From Octopus vulgaris (taxonomy: Eukaryota): a DNA stretch of 64,000 bases. Location of the stretch: NCBI GenBank assembly GCA_951406725.2, contig OX597821.1:16182001-16246000 (forward strand), written 5' to 3'. The position numbers were made by a program, and so were the translations under genes. Position 1 is the first letter of the stretch; each line of letters starts with the position of its first letter. The notes beneath the pieces are model-generated. The model searched no databases and had not been told where the DNA came from. It saw nothing but the letters and a program-made list of their open reading frames with translations. Shown here piece by piece: positions 42,484 to 55,662 of the stretch.

Positions 42484-43248
42484 TGAATATACATATGTAT
42501 GTGTGTCCGTGTGTGTGTGTCTGTTTATGTTTGTGTGTTTTTCATTACTGCCTAACGTACTAAGCTACATATCTATCAGGCAAATCATTGTCTTATCTCT
42601 AAATATATAATATTGCTCTATTGATCACACAGACTATTCTAATGTTCCACTTTATGAATTAGATACTTTGAAAACTGAAAAGATTACAATCAGTATTCGA
42701 AATACTGTAAGCGTTACTGTTATTTATAATCCATACCAATGTTTCATAAACTGCGGGCAAAGATAGATTATTTGGAATAAACATAAAACAGTCTTATGAT
42801 GCGAAAGTTTCTTGTTTACAAAAACAGACCACTAAAACTCGACTGAGATCTGGAAACCAGTCCGTTTATGTGTCAGTAGTGATACTCAAAACACATAATT
42901 CTGTCTGCAACATAGATTCCTGTCTGTTGCGATATCTACCTTCATTATATATGTGCATGTGTGTGTGTGTGTGCGTGCGTGCGCGCATATATATGAAGAC
43001 ACACATATTTTCTGTATATCTCTTTATCACAAATATATGTTGGGCACCACAATATAGGCTTATTGTGTTTATACATATTGAATAAATGTTGACTTTGATG
43101 TGTATTTCTACTTTACATACAAAATAAAAGAAGTGAGACAAAATTCAAAACGTCAATTCATCAATAGACCGACCATTTATTGAATAGTTTCCGTGTACAA
43201 ATTCATATATGTGTGTGTCTACGCGTATATATATATATCATTCTATCT

Positions 43249-43352
43249 ATATGTCTTCCTGTCCGTCTGTCTCTCTGTCCGTTTGTTTTTCTGCCTGTCT
43301 GTTTATTTATCTATCTATCTTTATACACACACACAAACACTCATATATATAT

Positions 43353-43407
<55 letters not shown>

Positions 43408-43498
43408 TGTTTGTGTGTATAAAGATAGATAAATAGATAGATAAACAGACAGGCAGAAAAACAAACGGACAGAGAGACAGACGGACAAGAAGACATAT
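43249..43498. repeat. ~100-bp-arm inverted duplication around a (TA)n/(CA)n spacer
   Basis: ATATGTCTTCCTGTCCGTCTGTCTCTCTGTCCGTTTGTTTTTCTGCCTGTCTG is mirrored at about 43445-43498. Confidence 0.9.
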
Positions 43499-43499
43499 T

Positions 43500-43563
<64 letters not shown>

Positions 43564-43914
43564 CTATTACATCCATACATCCATATACGTAGGTGAAAAC
43601 CCCGTGAGAAGAAAGAAAGAGAGCAAAAAAAAAGCGCCGATGTGTTTATAAACTGAAAAGGTAAAAATTAAAAGATATGCATACAACACGATTACGGATA
43701 TAACTAAGAATTACATAATGAATTAAAAACACAGTTCAAGAACAACGGAGTAATATTAACTTGTATAACATTTCCTAACAAATTGTTCCGTATTCTCATC
43801 TTCCTGTCCAAACACAAGTACTGCACGCACAATTTCAACCGGAAGCAATCGAAATTATACTATCGTAAAACACAAAAAGGACATTTAATGAATGCATAAT
43901 ATCAGCCAAATACA

Positions 43915-43975
<61 letters not shown>

Positions 43976-44014
43976 GTAGGTAGACTAATATATAGACATG
44001 CATGCATGCATACA

Positions 44015-44081
<67 letters not shown>

Positions 44082-44706
44082 GTATATATGAGTGTGTGTG
44101 TTTGTGTGTGTCCTAAAGGAACTACAGTCCATCGGTCGATTGATCTTATGTCTAAATTTGGGGTTAATAAACCGACGAATCATAATTTAACTAAGAAAAG
44201 CTCATATCACACATTTATAAGTTTCACTATTCCCCTTTGAATCACAAAGGTTCTCTACTATGTAATAAAATACATCAATACATACACATCATACTTATTG
44301 ACAAAACTATGCATGATGAATCCTATACACTTGTGATTAAATGCATGTGCGTGTGTGTATACAAGTGTTTGTCTGTGTGTGTGTGCATGTATATGTGTGC
44401 GCGCGTGTAATATGAAGTCGCGGACATGTGAACTTAATAACGGTTCCTTAGTAATAACTCATAAGACACACCCTAAAAAACAAAAGATCATCAATCTTGT
44501 ACAAAGTCTCGATATCATATCCAAACAGGTCTGGAACCAGTTGCCAGAAGTCTCATTAACATATCGATGCTGACTCATCACTACTTATAAACCTCAACAA
44601 CTGCAACGCTATATATGTGTGTGCGTGTATGATTATATAACACACACACACATATATATATTATATATATAAATAAATATAGGGATGGTACTATTAAAAT
44701 ACCATC

Positions 44707-46127
44707 ACAAGTGGTTAAGCGAATTATTAGCCGTACAGGCAAATTAATAAAATATATACTTACAATATTAAATATGTACGTATATACACAAGGGTACCTC
44801 ATGAGTACCTATATCTCTAGTGATAGAAGTCAAAAAACTTCTGTACCACCGAATAGTCACAAATCTATTTCAGACAATATAGGAAAAAATATCCTTAAAT
44901 CCGTAAATCCTTAAAAATGTTTTAGCCCGTAGGCCGCTGCCATGCTGGGGCACAACCGCTGAATGAGCTACACTAATATGTGAATCCACCTCTGGTACGT
45001 GGCACTTGATCAACAAGGGAGTTCGATGTCGCTGCCCGCATCTGTCTCCTGTCGTGAGGTAGGTTCATCTGGGACCCCCGACAAGAAGAGATCCAGTTTA
45101 GTTTTAAAGAAACCCACATCCACACCATGTAAGTCTCTCAGGCATTTAGGGAGGATGTTAAAGAGCTGTGGTCCTCTGAAACCCAAGCTGTTGCAGTATC
45201 TGGACCTGTATTTTGATGGTGATGTTGGAATTTTTGGTACCATGCAGTGGCGCCCCGTTCTGCGGTTGGGGTAACTTTGAATGCCAAAGTTTGGGACAAG
45301 ACCCTCCAGGATTTTCCAAATATATATCACCGCATATCTCTCCCGCCTTCGCTCTAGGGAGAAGAGGTTTAATACTTTCAGTCTTTCCCAGTAGCTGATA
45401 TTTTGCATTGAGACGATCTTCTTTGTGTAGCTTCTTTGAATTGCTTCGAGTTCTGCTGTTAGTTTTATATTGTGTGGTGACCACAGTTGGGAGCAGTAGT
45501 CCAAGCGGCTGAGGACGAATGTTTTCCATAGGACCATCAGTGTCTCCTTCTCTCTTGTTCTGAAAGTTCGAAGAATCCATCCAGCTAGCTGTCTGCATTT
45601 TATCACCAGATTAGTAATATCCACTTGGAAAGATGCATCGTTGCTCATGTCAATGCCCAGGTCATGCACTGATTTTGACTCAGGGATTGCAATTCTTCCT
45701 GGGCCAGTGTATCCAGTCTGCACGTCGTTTACCTTTGTGTGCCGATAGCGCAGGGCCTGGAAATTACCTGCGTTAAACTGTATGTTGTTGTCCTCAGCCC
45801 ACCTGTATATTGTATCCAACTCCTGTTACAGATGCGAAATATTTTCAGGGTTTTGTATTGTGTGGGAGACTTTTGTGTCATCTGCATAGCTAGCAATATC
45901 AGTGAACAATAATAATGTCTTACCTCAAATGGGTCAGAACAAGTAAATTCTGGTCAACTTGGTACCGGTTTCGTAATTTAGCGCCACCTAGGTATCGAGT
46001 TGACCAGCATTCTATTATTAGCGATATATGTACTCATGTGGTACCCTTGTGTATGTATGTATATATTTAATATTGTATGTATATATTTTATTAATTTGCC
46101 TGTACGGCTAATTCGCTTACCACTTGT
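44707..46127. mobile_element. Element bounded by ~120-bp inverted repeats (MITE/foldback-like), interrupted by a LINE
   Basis: 44707-44828 is an imperfect reverse complement of 46010-46127 (ACAAGTGGT...GCCGTACAGGCAAATTAATAAAATATATAC...). Confidence 0.7.
44891..45895 (-). mobile_element. 5'-truncated CR1/L2-group LINE: RT C-terminal half, 3' UTR and 8-bp tail repeats
   Basis: ASYADDTK at about 45870-45894, an in-frame stop, then the 269-aa ORF (DLGI, SRLDYCSQLWSP, LEAIQR, SLERRRER); ATCCTTAA-like repeats at 44891-44914. Confidence 0.92.
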
Positions 46128-46149
46128 AGATACATACATATATATATAT

Positions 46150-46258
46150 ATACGTACAGGTACTCCAAATTTCATTAGAATCGGTCCAGTACTTTTGTAG
46201 TCTATAAGTAACACACGAGCACACAAACACATAGACATTAACTTTTATTTAATAGATG
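46150..46258 (-). mobile_element. Helitron-like 5' terminal fragment
   Basis: CCAAATTTCATTAGAATCGGTCCAG...ACATTAACTTTTATTTAATAGAT; A|TC start on the minus strand. Confidence 0.45.
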
Positions 46259-46902
46259 AGCATGTCTAGACATGAACTATATGCCTGAGAATACATACAT
46301 AAAACATAAAAATCTGCACATACATGCATTCCGACCGACATACATACATGCATACATACCCGTTTGCTGATGTTGAAATTCTAATAAACAAACCTTGGAG
46401 CTAGGGTAGAAACCAGTTCTTTTTCTATTGGCAAGAAAATTTGAAATAAATTGAATAAGGACATACATACTACATACATACATACATACATACATACATC
46501 AATACATACATACATACAAATATGCACATACAATGGCTCCAAATATTTACCCGCATGCAAATATACTTGCACAATTACTGTGTCGACGGAGTTGAAATTC
46601 CACACATATGCATACATACAGAACAGGATAATAAATAGTTAAGACTTCTACAGACCAACTTGTCTATGATGAAACGAAGAATATTGGTGGATTTTAGAGG
46701 TTAAATACGCCATTTAGGTTCTCGGTGTGAGAATGCAAGTCCTTAATTCATACACTACAAATGATTACAATATTGGATGTTATAAAAGATATGGATGCCG
46801 TCTTACGATTTAAAGCAATGGTTCCCAATCTTTTCCCTACCAAGAACCGTTATAATATGTTTATCCTTATGTATATACATACATATATACTCTTTTACTA
46901 TT

Positions 46903-47107
46903 TTACTTGTTTCAGTCATTTCACTGCGGCCATGCTGGAGCACCGCCTTTAATCGAGCAACTCGACCCCAGGACTTATTCTTTGTAAGCCCAGTACTTAT
47001 TCTATCGATCTCTTTTGCCTAACCGCTAAGTTACGGGGACATAAACACACCAGCATCGGTTGTCAAGCAATGCTAGGGAGACAAACACAGACACACAAAC
47101 ATACACG

Positions 47108-47174
<67 letters not shown>

Positions 47175-47554
47175 GACGGGCTTCTTTTAGTTTCCGCCTA
47201 CCAAATCCACTCACAAGGATTTGGTCGGCCCGAGGCTATAGTAGAAGACACTTGCCCAAGGTGGCACGCAGTGGGACTGAACCCGGAACCATGTGGTTGG
47301 TAAACAAGCTACCTACCGCACAGCCATATATATATATATATGTGGTTGGTAAACAAGCTACCTACCGCACAGCCATATATATATATATATATATATATAT
47401 GGCTGTGCGGTAGGTAGCTTGTTTACCAACCACATGGTTCCGGGTTCAGTCCCACTGCGTGGCACCTTGGGCAAGTGTCTTCTACTATAGCCTCGGGCCG
47501 ACCAAATCCTTGTGAGTGGATTTGGTAGGCGGAAACTAAGAGAAGCCCGTCGTA

Positions 47555-47600
<46 letters not shown>

Positions 47601-47735
47601 CGTGTATGTTTGTGTGTCTGTGTTTGTCTCCCTAGCATTGCTTGACAACCGATGCTGGTGTGTTTATGTCCCCGTAACTTAGCGGTTAGGCAAAAGAGAT
47701 CGATAGAATAAGTACTGGGCTTACAAAGAATAAGT
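46903..47735. mobile_element. SINE family B copy (-) plus its local inverted duplicate (+, 47401-47735)
   Basis: Both arms share private variants absent from the other family B copies; (TA)n centre at 47375-47400. Confidence 0.9.
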
Positions 47736-48656
47736 ATATATATATATACGAAATTTTGAATTTAGTTTTTGGACTCCCAGTACTACATTTGCGGACCACC
47801 AGGGTGTTTCACAGGGTGTTCAAATTTTAAAAGATGATGATCAAAGTAAGCTGCTTTCCGTCAAAACCTTTCCACCAAATATTTGGCTGGTCAAAATTAT
47901 TCTGAATTAACAAGAGAAAGAGATAATGGCTAAATGCTAGATATATCAATGTAATACATAATTCCTTTGTAAATGTCTTCAAGATCTACATTTAAAATTT
48001 TCAACTGACATAGGGATGGAATTTGGCCAACGATGGAGCTTAATATCTTCGTTACAAACTTTCTCCTTTCTCAGAGGAAGAATGCATATTATGGAAAATA
48101 TACATACATACATACATACATACAAAACGGAATTAGAAAAATCTTCCCGACCGAACCTCTAACAACCTCAGTGTATCAATCACCTTTGTATGGCTCTAAG
48201 TTTGATCGAACTCGGATGGCAATTCAAAGTTGAACACGGCGATTCTGAACTCAGGGCACAGAGGTTTAAACAAATGCCGATTAGCATCCTACGCAAATTT
48301 CAAACGATTCTGTTAATTCGGCAATTTGGTTCGTTGAATAAAACTCCTTTAATACTACCGAGTAAAGGTGAATAAACAACTAACAAACAAAGAGACCGTA
48401 AAGAAAGATTCGTTTCAAAATGGCTACCTTTATTAGACTAAACATTTGATTGCATAAATATATTACAACACAAACAGACCTTCAGCAATAGACATATGGT
48501 AATGTGATACCTAATAAACTCAAATTTGTTAATAACTTCAACTGTTGATGTACTAATTTCAGAACTAGGCAATAAATGCAGAAGCGTGAGCGTAGAGGCA
48601 GTTATCTAAAGAGGTAAGAAGGGGGATAGACAGATGAATAGATAGAGTGAGTGAGC

Positions 48657-48729
<73 letters not shown>

Positions 48730-48769
48730 ATAGATTGATAGATAGATGGAAATAGATAGATAGATGGAA

Positions 48770-48821
<52 letters not shown>

Positions 48822-48843
48822 GGAGAGAGAGAGAGAGAGAGAG
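48657..48843. repeat. (GATA)n plus (GA)n microsatellite
   Basis: Direct reading. Confidence 0.95.
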
Positions 48844-49417
48844 CAAGAAAACACTCAAACATACACCACTACACAATCCCACACAGACACACCCACGTAA
48901 ACATACAAAAAACATATACATACACATACAAACACACTAGCACACATATATATGTATGTGCACACACACACGTGTGTGTGTGTGTGTCTGTATGTATATA
49001 TATATATATAGTCGCAGTCGTAACTGTGTGGTAAGAAATTTGTTTCCCAACCACTTACTTTCATGTTCAGTTTCACTCCATGGAATCTTCGGCGAGTGTT
49101 TTCCACTGACAATGTGTAGAGTGTACGGGTGTGCGTGTACGCGCGCACGAGTCTGTAGTATCATCTGCTTGTACATGAAGGTGTGTCTACGTCTGTGCAT
49201 GTCAGTTCTCTGCTCCCCATCCATCGCTGGTTTAGAGAGGACCCAGTAATTTAGCAGATAAAAAGTTTATAGAGTACCAGACTTCCTATATTACTACTGG
49301 TGTGGATTAGTTCGATGAATATCCGTCAACTTGTTCCAGTGAGTGGAAAAAATAGAAGTTAACAAATACGGATAGTCATGATGGTATGTCATTATTGTTA
49401 TAAATGTCGATATAAAA

Positions 49418-49821
49418 GGCGCAGGAGTGACTGTGTGGTAAGTAGCTTGCTAAACAACCACATGGTTCCGGGTTCAGTCCCACTGCGTGGCATCTTGGGC
49501 AAGTGTCTTCTGCTATAGCCCCGGGCCGACCAATGCCTTGTGAGTGGATTTGGTAGACGGAAACTGAAGGAAGCCTGTCGTATATATGTATATATATATA
49601 TGTATGTGTATGTTTGTGTGTTTGTGTGTCTGTGTTTGTTCCCCTAGCATTGCTTGACAACCGATGCTGGTGTGTTTACGTCCCCGTAACCTAGCGGTTC
49701 GGCAATAAGAGACCGATAGAATAAGTACTGGGCTTACAAAAAGACGAGTTGCTTGACTAAAGGTGGTGCTCCAGCATGGCCACAGTCAAATGAGTGAAAC
49801 AAGTAAAAGAGTAAAAGAGAG
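49418..49821 (+). mobile_element. SINE family B copy
   Basis: Homology to 16607-17006. Confidence 0.9.
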
Positions 49822-49991
49822 TAACGGTGAAGTAGAAAACCGTATACTTCTTTTATTAAATTCCATAAATTAATAAGTTATTTTCTATAAACAAGATCCA
49901 TAATCCTTAAGTTTGTTATAAATTAATCTTATCAATTAAACATACGCAGTAAATTGAGTAAGCAGAAGAAGAGGAGACGTGTCGGATTCAG

Positions 49992-50036
49992 GGTCGCTGA
50001 TGAGGTCACAGGATGTGTGACGAAAGAGCTTCGATT
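49992..50036 (+). ncRNA. Minimal type I hammerhead ribozyme motif
   Basis: Stem I GGUCG/CGAUU; core CUGAUGA (49997-50003); stem II GUCACA-GGAUG-UGUGAC; GAAAG-AG-CUU. Confidence 0.65.
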
Positions 50037-50289
50037 AAATGACAAAAACAATAAGGATAAAGTGAAGTGGGGACCAAATATATAATGCGTGTGTCAAAGT
50101 GGCCAAATATGACCGTCCCCCAAGTATACCAATATCTGATTCAATATAACAAATGTATTTGGCATTTTGTTGGTTCATAGATTAATCATCACTCCAATAC
50201 TCTACTGTCAATACAAAATATATATATCATCATAGAAAACCTCCCTGTCTCTCTCTCCCCAACTCTCTTTATCTCTCACTCTGTATGTA

Positions 50290-50353
<64 letters not shown>

Positions 50354-50643
50354 GAGAGAGAGAATGCAGAGAATCACGACAAATCACATACACACACAGA
50401 CACACAAACACACACACACACAAACACATACACACATGCATATATATATATATGTATATAAAGGGAATGTTCTTTAAGCTGCCCGTCTCGTTTCTCTATT
50501 TGCTTATTTCGTTGTTCGGAAAAAGTTCGTTTTCCATGTTTTTGTATTTAATGTATCCTTTCTCATTTTGTTCACGTATATTTTTACATCATGTACCCAT
50601 AAATGCACGAATATATACGTATATATGTAGGTATGTACATATA

Positions 50644-50685
<42 letters not shown>

Positions 50686-50826
50686 GCAATAAAGATTCAA
50701 GTCAATTTTAATGAATTTACTTGAATATGGTACCTAACTTAGATGCACCAAAAAACTATACGGTTTTAACCATACAGTAATGTGGGGTGATTATAAGCGA
50801 GAAAGAAGCAACAAGAATGGATAAGT

Positions 50827-50917
50827 TTTTAGTACAATCGTTTCATACAAAGACAGGCTTTATTAAAAGTTGCAAAGATTGCAGCATATAAACGTGTCCT
50901 GTACTCATCAGCTAAAA
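50827..50917 (-). ncRNA. Type I hammerhead ribozyme motif (left palindrome arm)
   Basis: Mirror image of 51677-51767. Confidence 0.7.
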
Positions 50918-51676
50918 TACATGTGAGTTCTCTAGACATCTTAGTGGTTGAGGCTATACTCATGAAGTAATGTAGATAATTAAGTAACATAAACAGATTT
51001 CCAAAGTTCATTAAAGTTCTTTAAAGATGATGCATAGTCTTATCACAGATTTTTAAAAAAGTTTTAATAGCATCACAGAGAAGGTGACTTAATCCATAGT
51101 GTACATATGAATTTCCAGAGATATGAGGAGGGATTACATACTCACAGACGACAAATTTATCCATGGCTAATCACAACGAGGTGGGTATCAATTCCTGCGT
51201 ATTAGCATTACAGAGAGGGTGAATTAATCCTTTGTATAGGTGCACAATTTCAATGGTGTAGATGTAAATTTCCAGAGAAATGAAGAGGAATTTCAAATTG
51301 AAATTCCTCTTCATTTCTCTGAAATTTACATCTACACCATTGGAAATTGTGCACCTATACAAAGGATTAATTCACCCTCTCTGTAATGCTAATACGCAGG
51401 AATTGATACCCACCTCGTTGTGATTAGCCATGGATAAATTTGTCGTCTGTGAGTATGTAATCCCTCCTCATATCTCTGGAAATTCATATGTACACTATGG
51501 ATTAAGTCACCTTCTCTGTGATGCTATTAAAACTTTTTTAAAAATCTGTGATAAGATTATGCATCATCTTTAAAGAACTTTAATGAACTTTGGAAATCTG
51601 TTTATGTTACTTAATTATCTACATTACTTCATGAGTATAGCCTCAACCACTAAGATGTCTAGAGAACTCACATGTA

Positions 51677-51767
51677 TTTTAGCTGATGAGTACGGGACAC
51701 GTTTATATGCTGCAATTTTTGCAACTTTTAATAAAGCCTGTCTTTGTATGAAACGATTGTACTAAAA
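51677..51767 (+). ncRNA. Type I hammerhead ribozyme motif with long stem II (right palindrome arm)
   Basis: Stem I UUUUAG/CUAAAA; core CUGAUGA (51683-89); ~60-nt stem II (GUACGGGACA...UGUCUUUGUAU, apical UGCAA/UUGCA); GAAAC-GAUU-GUA; predicted cleavage after 51761. Confidence 0.7.
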
Positions 51768-51796
51768 ACTTATCCATTCTTGTTGCTTCTTTCTCG

Positions 51797-51840
<44 letters not shown>

Positions 51841-52050
51841 GTGTGTGTGTATATATATATATGTATGCATGTATATATATCAAAATAATCAACAGCATAT
51901 CAAGTAGTAATGCAGTACGACCCACTTGATATCCTGTTACTAATTTTGCTTGGATTCACCTTTCTTCGAGCTGGCGGATAATAGCGGACCGACTTGGTAA
52001 TTCAACTTAAGTACCTAATTCAACCGAATCTAAGTCATTTCTTTATATAC

Positions 52051-52082
<32 letters not shown>

Positions 52083-52146
52083 TTGTGTGCACGTGTGTGT
52101 GTGTGTATATGTATGTATGTGTGTATGCATGTATTTTTTTAAATTT

Positions 52147-52346
52147 CTTTCGATCATTTGACTGCGGCCATGCTGGAGCACCGCATTTAGTCGAGCAGAT
52201 CGCCCCCGGGACTTATTCCTTGTAAGCCCAGTACTTATTCTATCGGTTTCTTTTGCCGAACCGCTAAGTGATGGGGACGTAAACACACCAGCATCGGTTG
52301 TCAAGCAATGCTAGAGGGACAGACACTGACACACAAACACACAAAC

Positions 52347-52377
<31 letters not shown>

Positions 52378-52538
52378 CGACAGGCTTCTTTCAGTTTCCG
52401 TCTACCAAATCCACTCACAAGGCATTGGTCGGCCCGGGGCTATAGCAGAAGACACTTGCCCAAGATGCCACGCAGTGGGACTGAATCCGGAACCATGTGG
52501 CTGGTTAGCAAGCTACTTACCACACAGCCACTCCTGCG

Positions 52539-52540
<2 letters not shown>
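52147..52540 (-). mobile_element. SINE family B copy
   Basis: Reverse complement of the 49418-49821 type. Confidence 0.9.
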
Positions 52541-52592
<52 letters not shown>

Positions 52593-52597
52593 TAGAG

Positions 52598-52642
<45 letters not shown>

Positions 52643-52734
52643 TATACACACACACTTACACTCAGTCACAGAGACATGCATGCGGTCCTAAGGAATTTGT
52701 GGTTATATATATTTTACGATATCTTTTATCTTTT

Positions 52735-53011
52735 CGTTGTTTCGGTCATTAGACAGTGACCATGCTGGGGCACCGCGTTGACGATTGAGCCGAAACCAGT
52801 ACATTGTTTAAAACCTGATATAGTTATTTCAATGGTTCTTTATTATTTTTTTTTTTTTTTGCCGCAGCAGAAAATAACTGTGAGAACATATACAAGTACA
52901 CACCGGTTGTGAAGTAGTGATGGAGAGACAAACACACACGGGTGGCCACGCAGACATACACGCACACTCACGCATACAGACACACACGAACGCGTACACA
53001 CACAGTCAGAC

Positions 53012-53079
<68 letters not shown>

Positions 53080-53225
53080 ACATAACTGGATTCTTCCACT
53101 TTCCCTCTCACAAAATCCATTCACAAGACATTGGTCGGCCTGAGGTTGTACCAGAAGGCCACTGAACAGGTTGGACCCGAAACCATGTGTTTGGGAAGCA
53201 GGCTACATATCACGCAGTCACGCCT
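52735..53225 (-). mobile_element. Old diverged SINE family B copy
   Basis: CATGCTGGGGCACCGC tail and AAATCCATTCACAAGACATTGGTCGGCC body. Confidence 0.65.
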
Positions 53226-53305
53226 AAAATATTATATAGCTTTTGTTATTAGAATTTGTTATTAGATATTCTTTCTAAAATATACAACATATCTATCTAT
53301 CTATA

Positions 53306-53341
<36 letters not shown>

Positions 53342-53745
53342 AATATATATAACGAAACACACATATAGTCATAATTACACCCGCAAAGATCAATCGGTGA
53401 TTATAGCTGCAACTCGGTCTACTTATCTCCCTTGATGACATAAGCAAAAAAGTCGTACACGGTTACGTCCCTTATTCACTATTCATTTTGTTAAGTCAGC
53501 ATATCTGTGAATAAATATGTAGTAATGCAGGTACGTAAAATATAATCATTGCAGCGTAGATCATACACCACTATATTGTGTAGCTGTGAAATACGTACTT
53601 AAATTGAACTAAAAGTAATAATAATAAAAGCTAATGTGAAGATTAAACAAACACTGCGTGTGTATAACCAGTAGGAGATGACCTTTCCCACAGATACATA
53701 CACATACGCATGTAGAAACGACAGCAAATTCATATATTGAATGTG

Positions 53746-53787
<42 letters not shown>

Positions 53788-53814
53788 CGGCGAACCAGTG
53801 TATATATATATATC

Positions 53815-54015
53815 TTTTATTTGTTTCAGTCATTTGACTGCGGCCATGCTTGACCACCGCCTTTAGTCGAGCAACTCGACCCCGGGACTTCTTCTTTTTG
53901 TACTTATAGTACTTATACTATCGGTCTTTTTTTGCCGAACCGCTAAGTGACGGGGACATATACACACCAGCATCGGTTGTCAAGCAATGCTAGAGGGACA
54001 AACACAGACACACAA

Positions 54016-54056
<41 letters not shown>

Positions 54057-54225
54057 CATATATACGACAGGCTTCTTTCGGTTTCCGTCTACCAAACCCA
54101 CTCACAAGGCCTTGGTCGGCCTGGGACTATAGTAGAAGACACTTGACCAAGATGCCACGCAGTGTGACTGAACCCGGAACCATGTGGTTGGTTAGCAAGC
54201 TATCTACCACACAGCCACTCCTGCA

Positions 54226-54227
<2 letters not shown>
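53815..54227 (-). mobile_element. SINE family B copy
   Basis: Homology to the family. Confidence 0.9.
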
Positions 54228-54303
<76 letters not shown>

Positions 54304-54339
54304 TATGTATGTATGTATGGATGGATGGATGGATGTATA

Positions 54340-54700
54340 GGCGCGGGAGTGGCTATGTGGTGAGAAGTATGCTTCTCAACCATATTGTTCCAGGTTCAGT
54401 CCCACTTGGCAAGTGTCTTCCACTATAGCCTCGGGCCCACCAAAATCTTGTATGTGGATTTGGTAGACGGAAACTGAAAGAAGCCCGTCGTATTTAAATA
54501 TATATGTGTTTGTGAGTCTATATTTGGTCCCCCACCCCACCATCGCTTGACAACCGGTGTGCTTAAGTCCCAGTAACTTTGCGGTTCGGCAAAATAAACC
54601 GATATAATCAGTATCATGCTTACAAAGAATAAATTCTGGTGTCTGTTCGTCTAAAGGCGGTGCTACAGCATGACTGCTGTCAGATGACTGAAACCATATA
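54340..54700 (+). mobile_element. SINE family B copy, head-to-head with 53815-54227
   Basis: Homology to the family; more diverged, so an independent insertion. Confidence 0.85.
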
Positions 54701-55186
54701 AAAGAACTAAAGAAGCGAGTTCGATTCCCTGATCGGTTGTGTGTTTTGTTTATTTGGTATTGCTCCAGTTAACTGAGTTGTAGAAATAAGTTGCAACGTC
54801 ACTGGTGCCAGGCTGTACTGACTTTTGGCTTCCCCTTGAATAACATCGGTGGCGGACAGAGCATACGCTGGTATGCATGGGTGTCATCGGGTCTTCCATA
54901 AACAATATTCCCCGGACTTTTGCCACGCAGAGGAACCTTCTATGTTCAATCTTATATCCGTTCACGACTGAAGGGGTTCTTTACTATACATTTATACGTA
55001 TGCATGTGTGTGTAGGTATACACTTTTATACGACTGGCTTCTTTCAATTTCTGTCTACCGAAACCACTCACAGTACTTTAGTCGATCTGGTCTATTCCTA
55101 CACACACTTGCTCAATTTACCACACAGTGATACTGAGCCCGGATCTATGTGGTGGGGTAGCAATCTTCTTACAACATAGCCACCCC

Positions 55187-55662
<476 letters not shown>

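Larger units (their letters stand above)
50792..51802. repeat. 1011-bp palindrome (505-bp arms, 1-nt loop at 51297); inverted Penelope-like pLTR pair (inferred)
   Basis: By eye the arms differ by only 3 transitions and 2 single-base indels; (TA)n tracts lie at about 50647-50680 and 51799-51837. Confidence 0.95.

Noticed and set aside
45010-45819. 269-aa ORF as a functional host gene
   Set aside because: It is the RT C-terminus of a truncated LINE, with a stop between YADD and the ORF start and a frameshift near the end.
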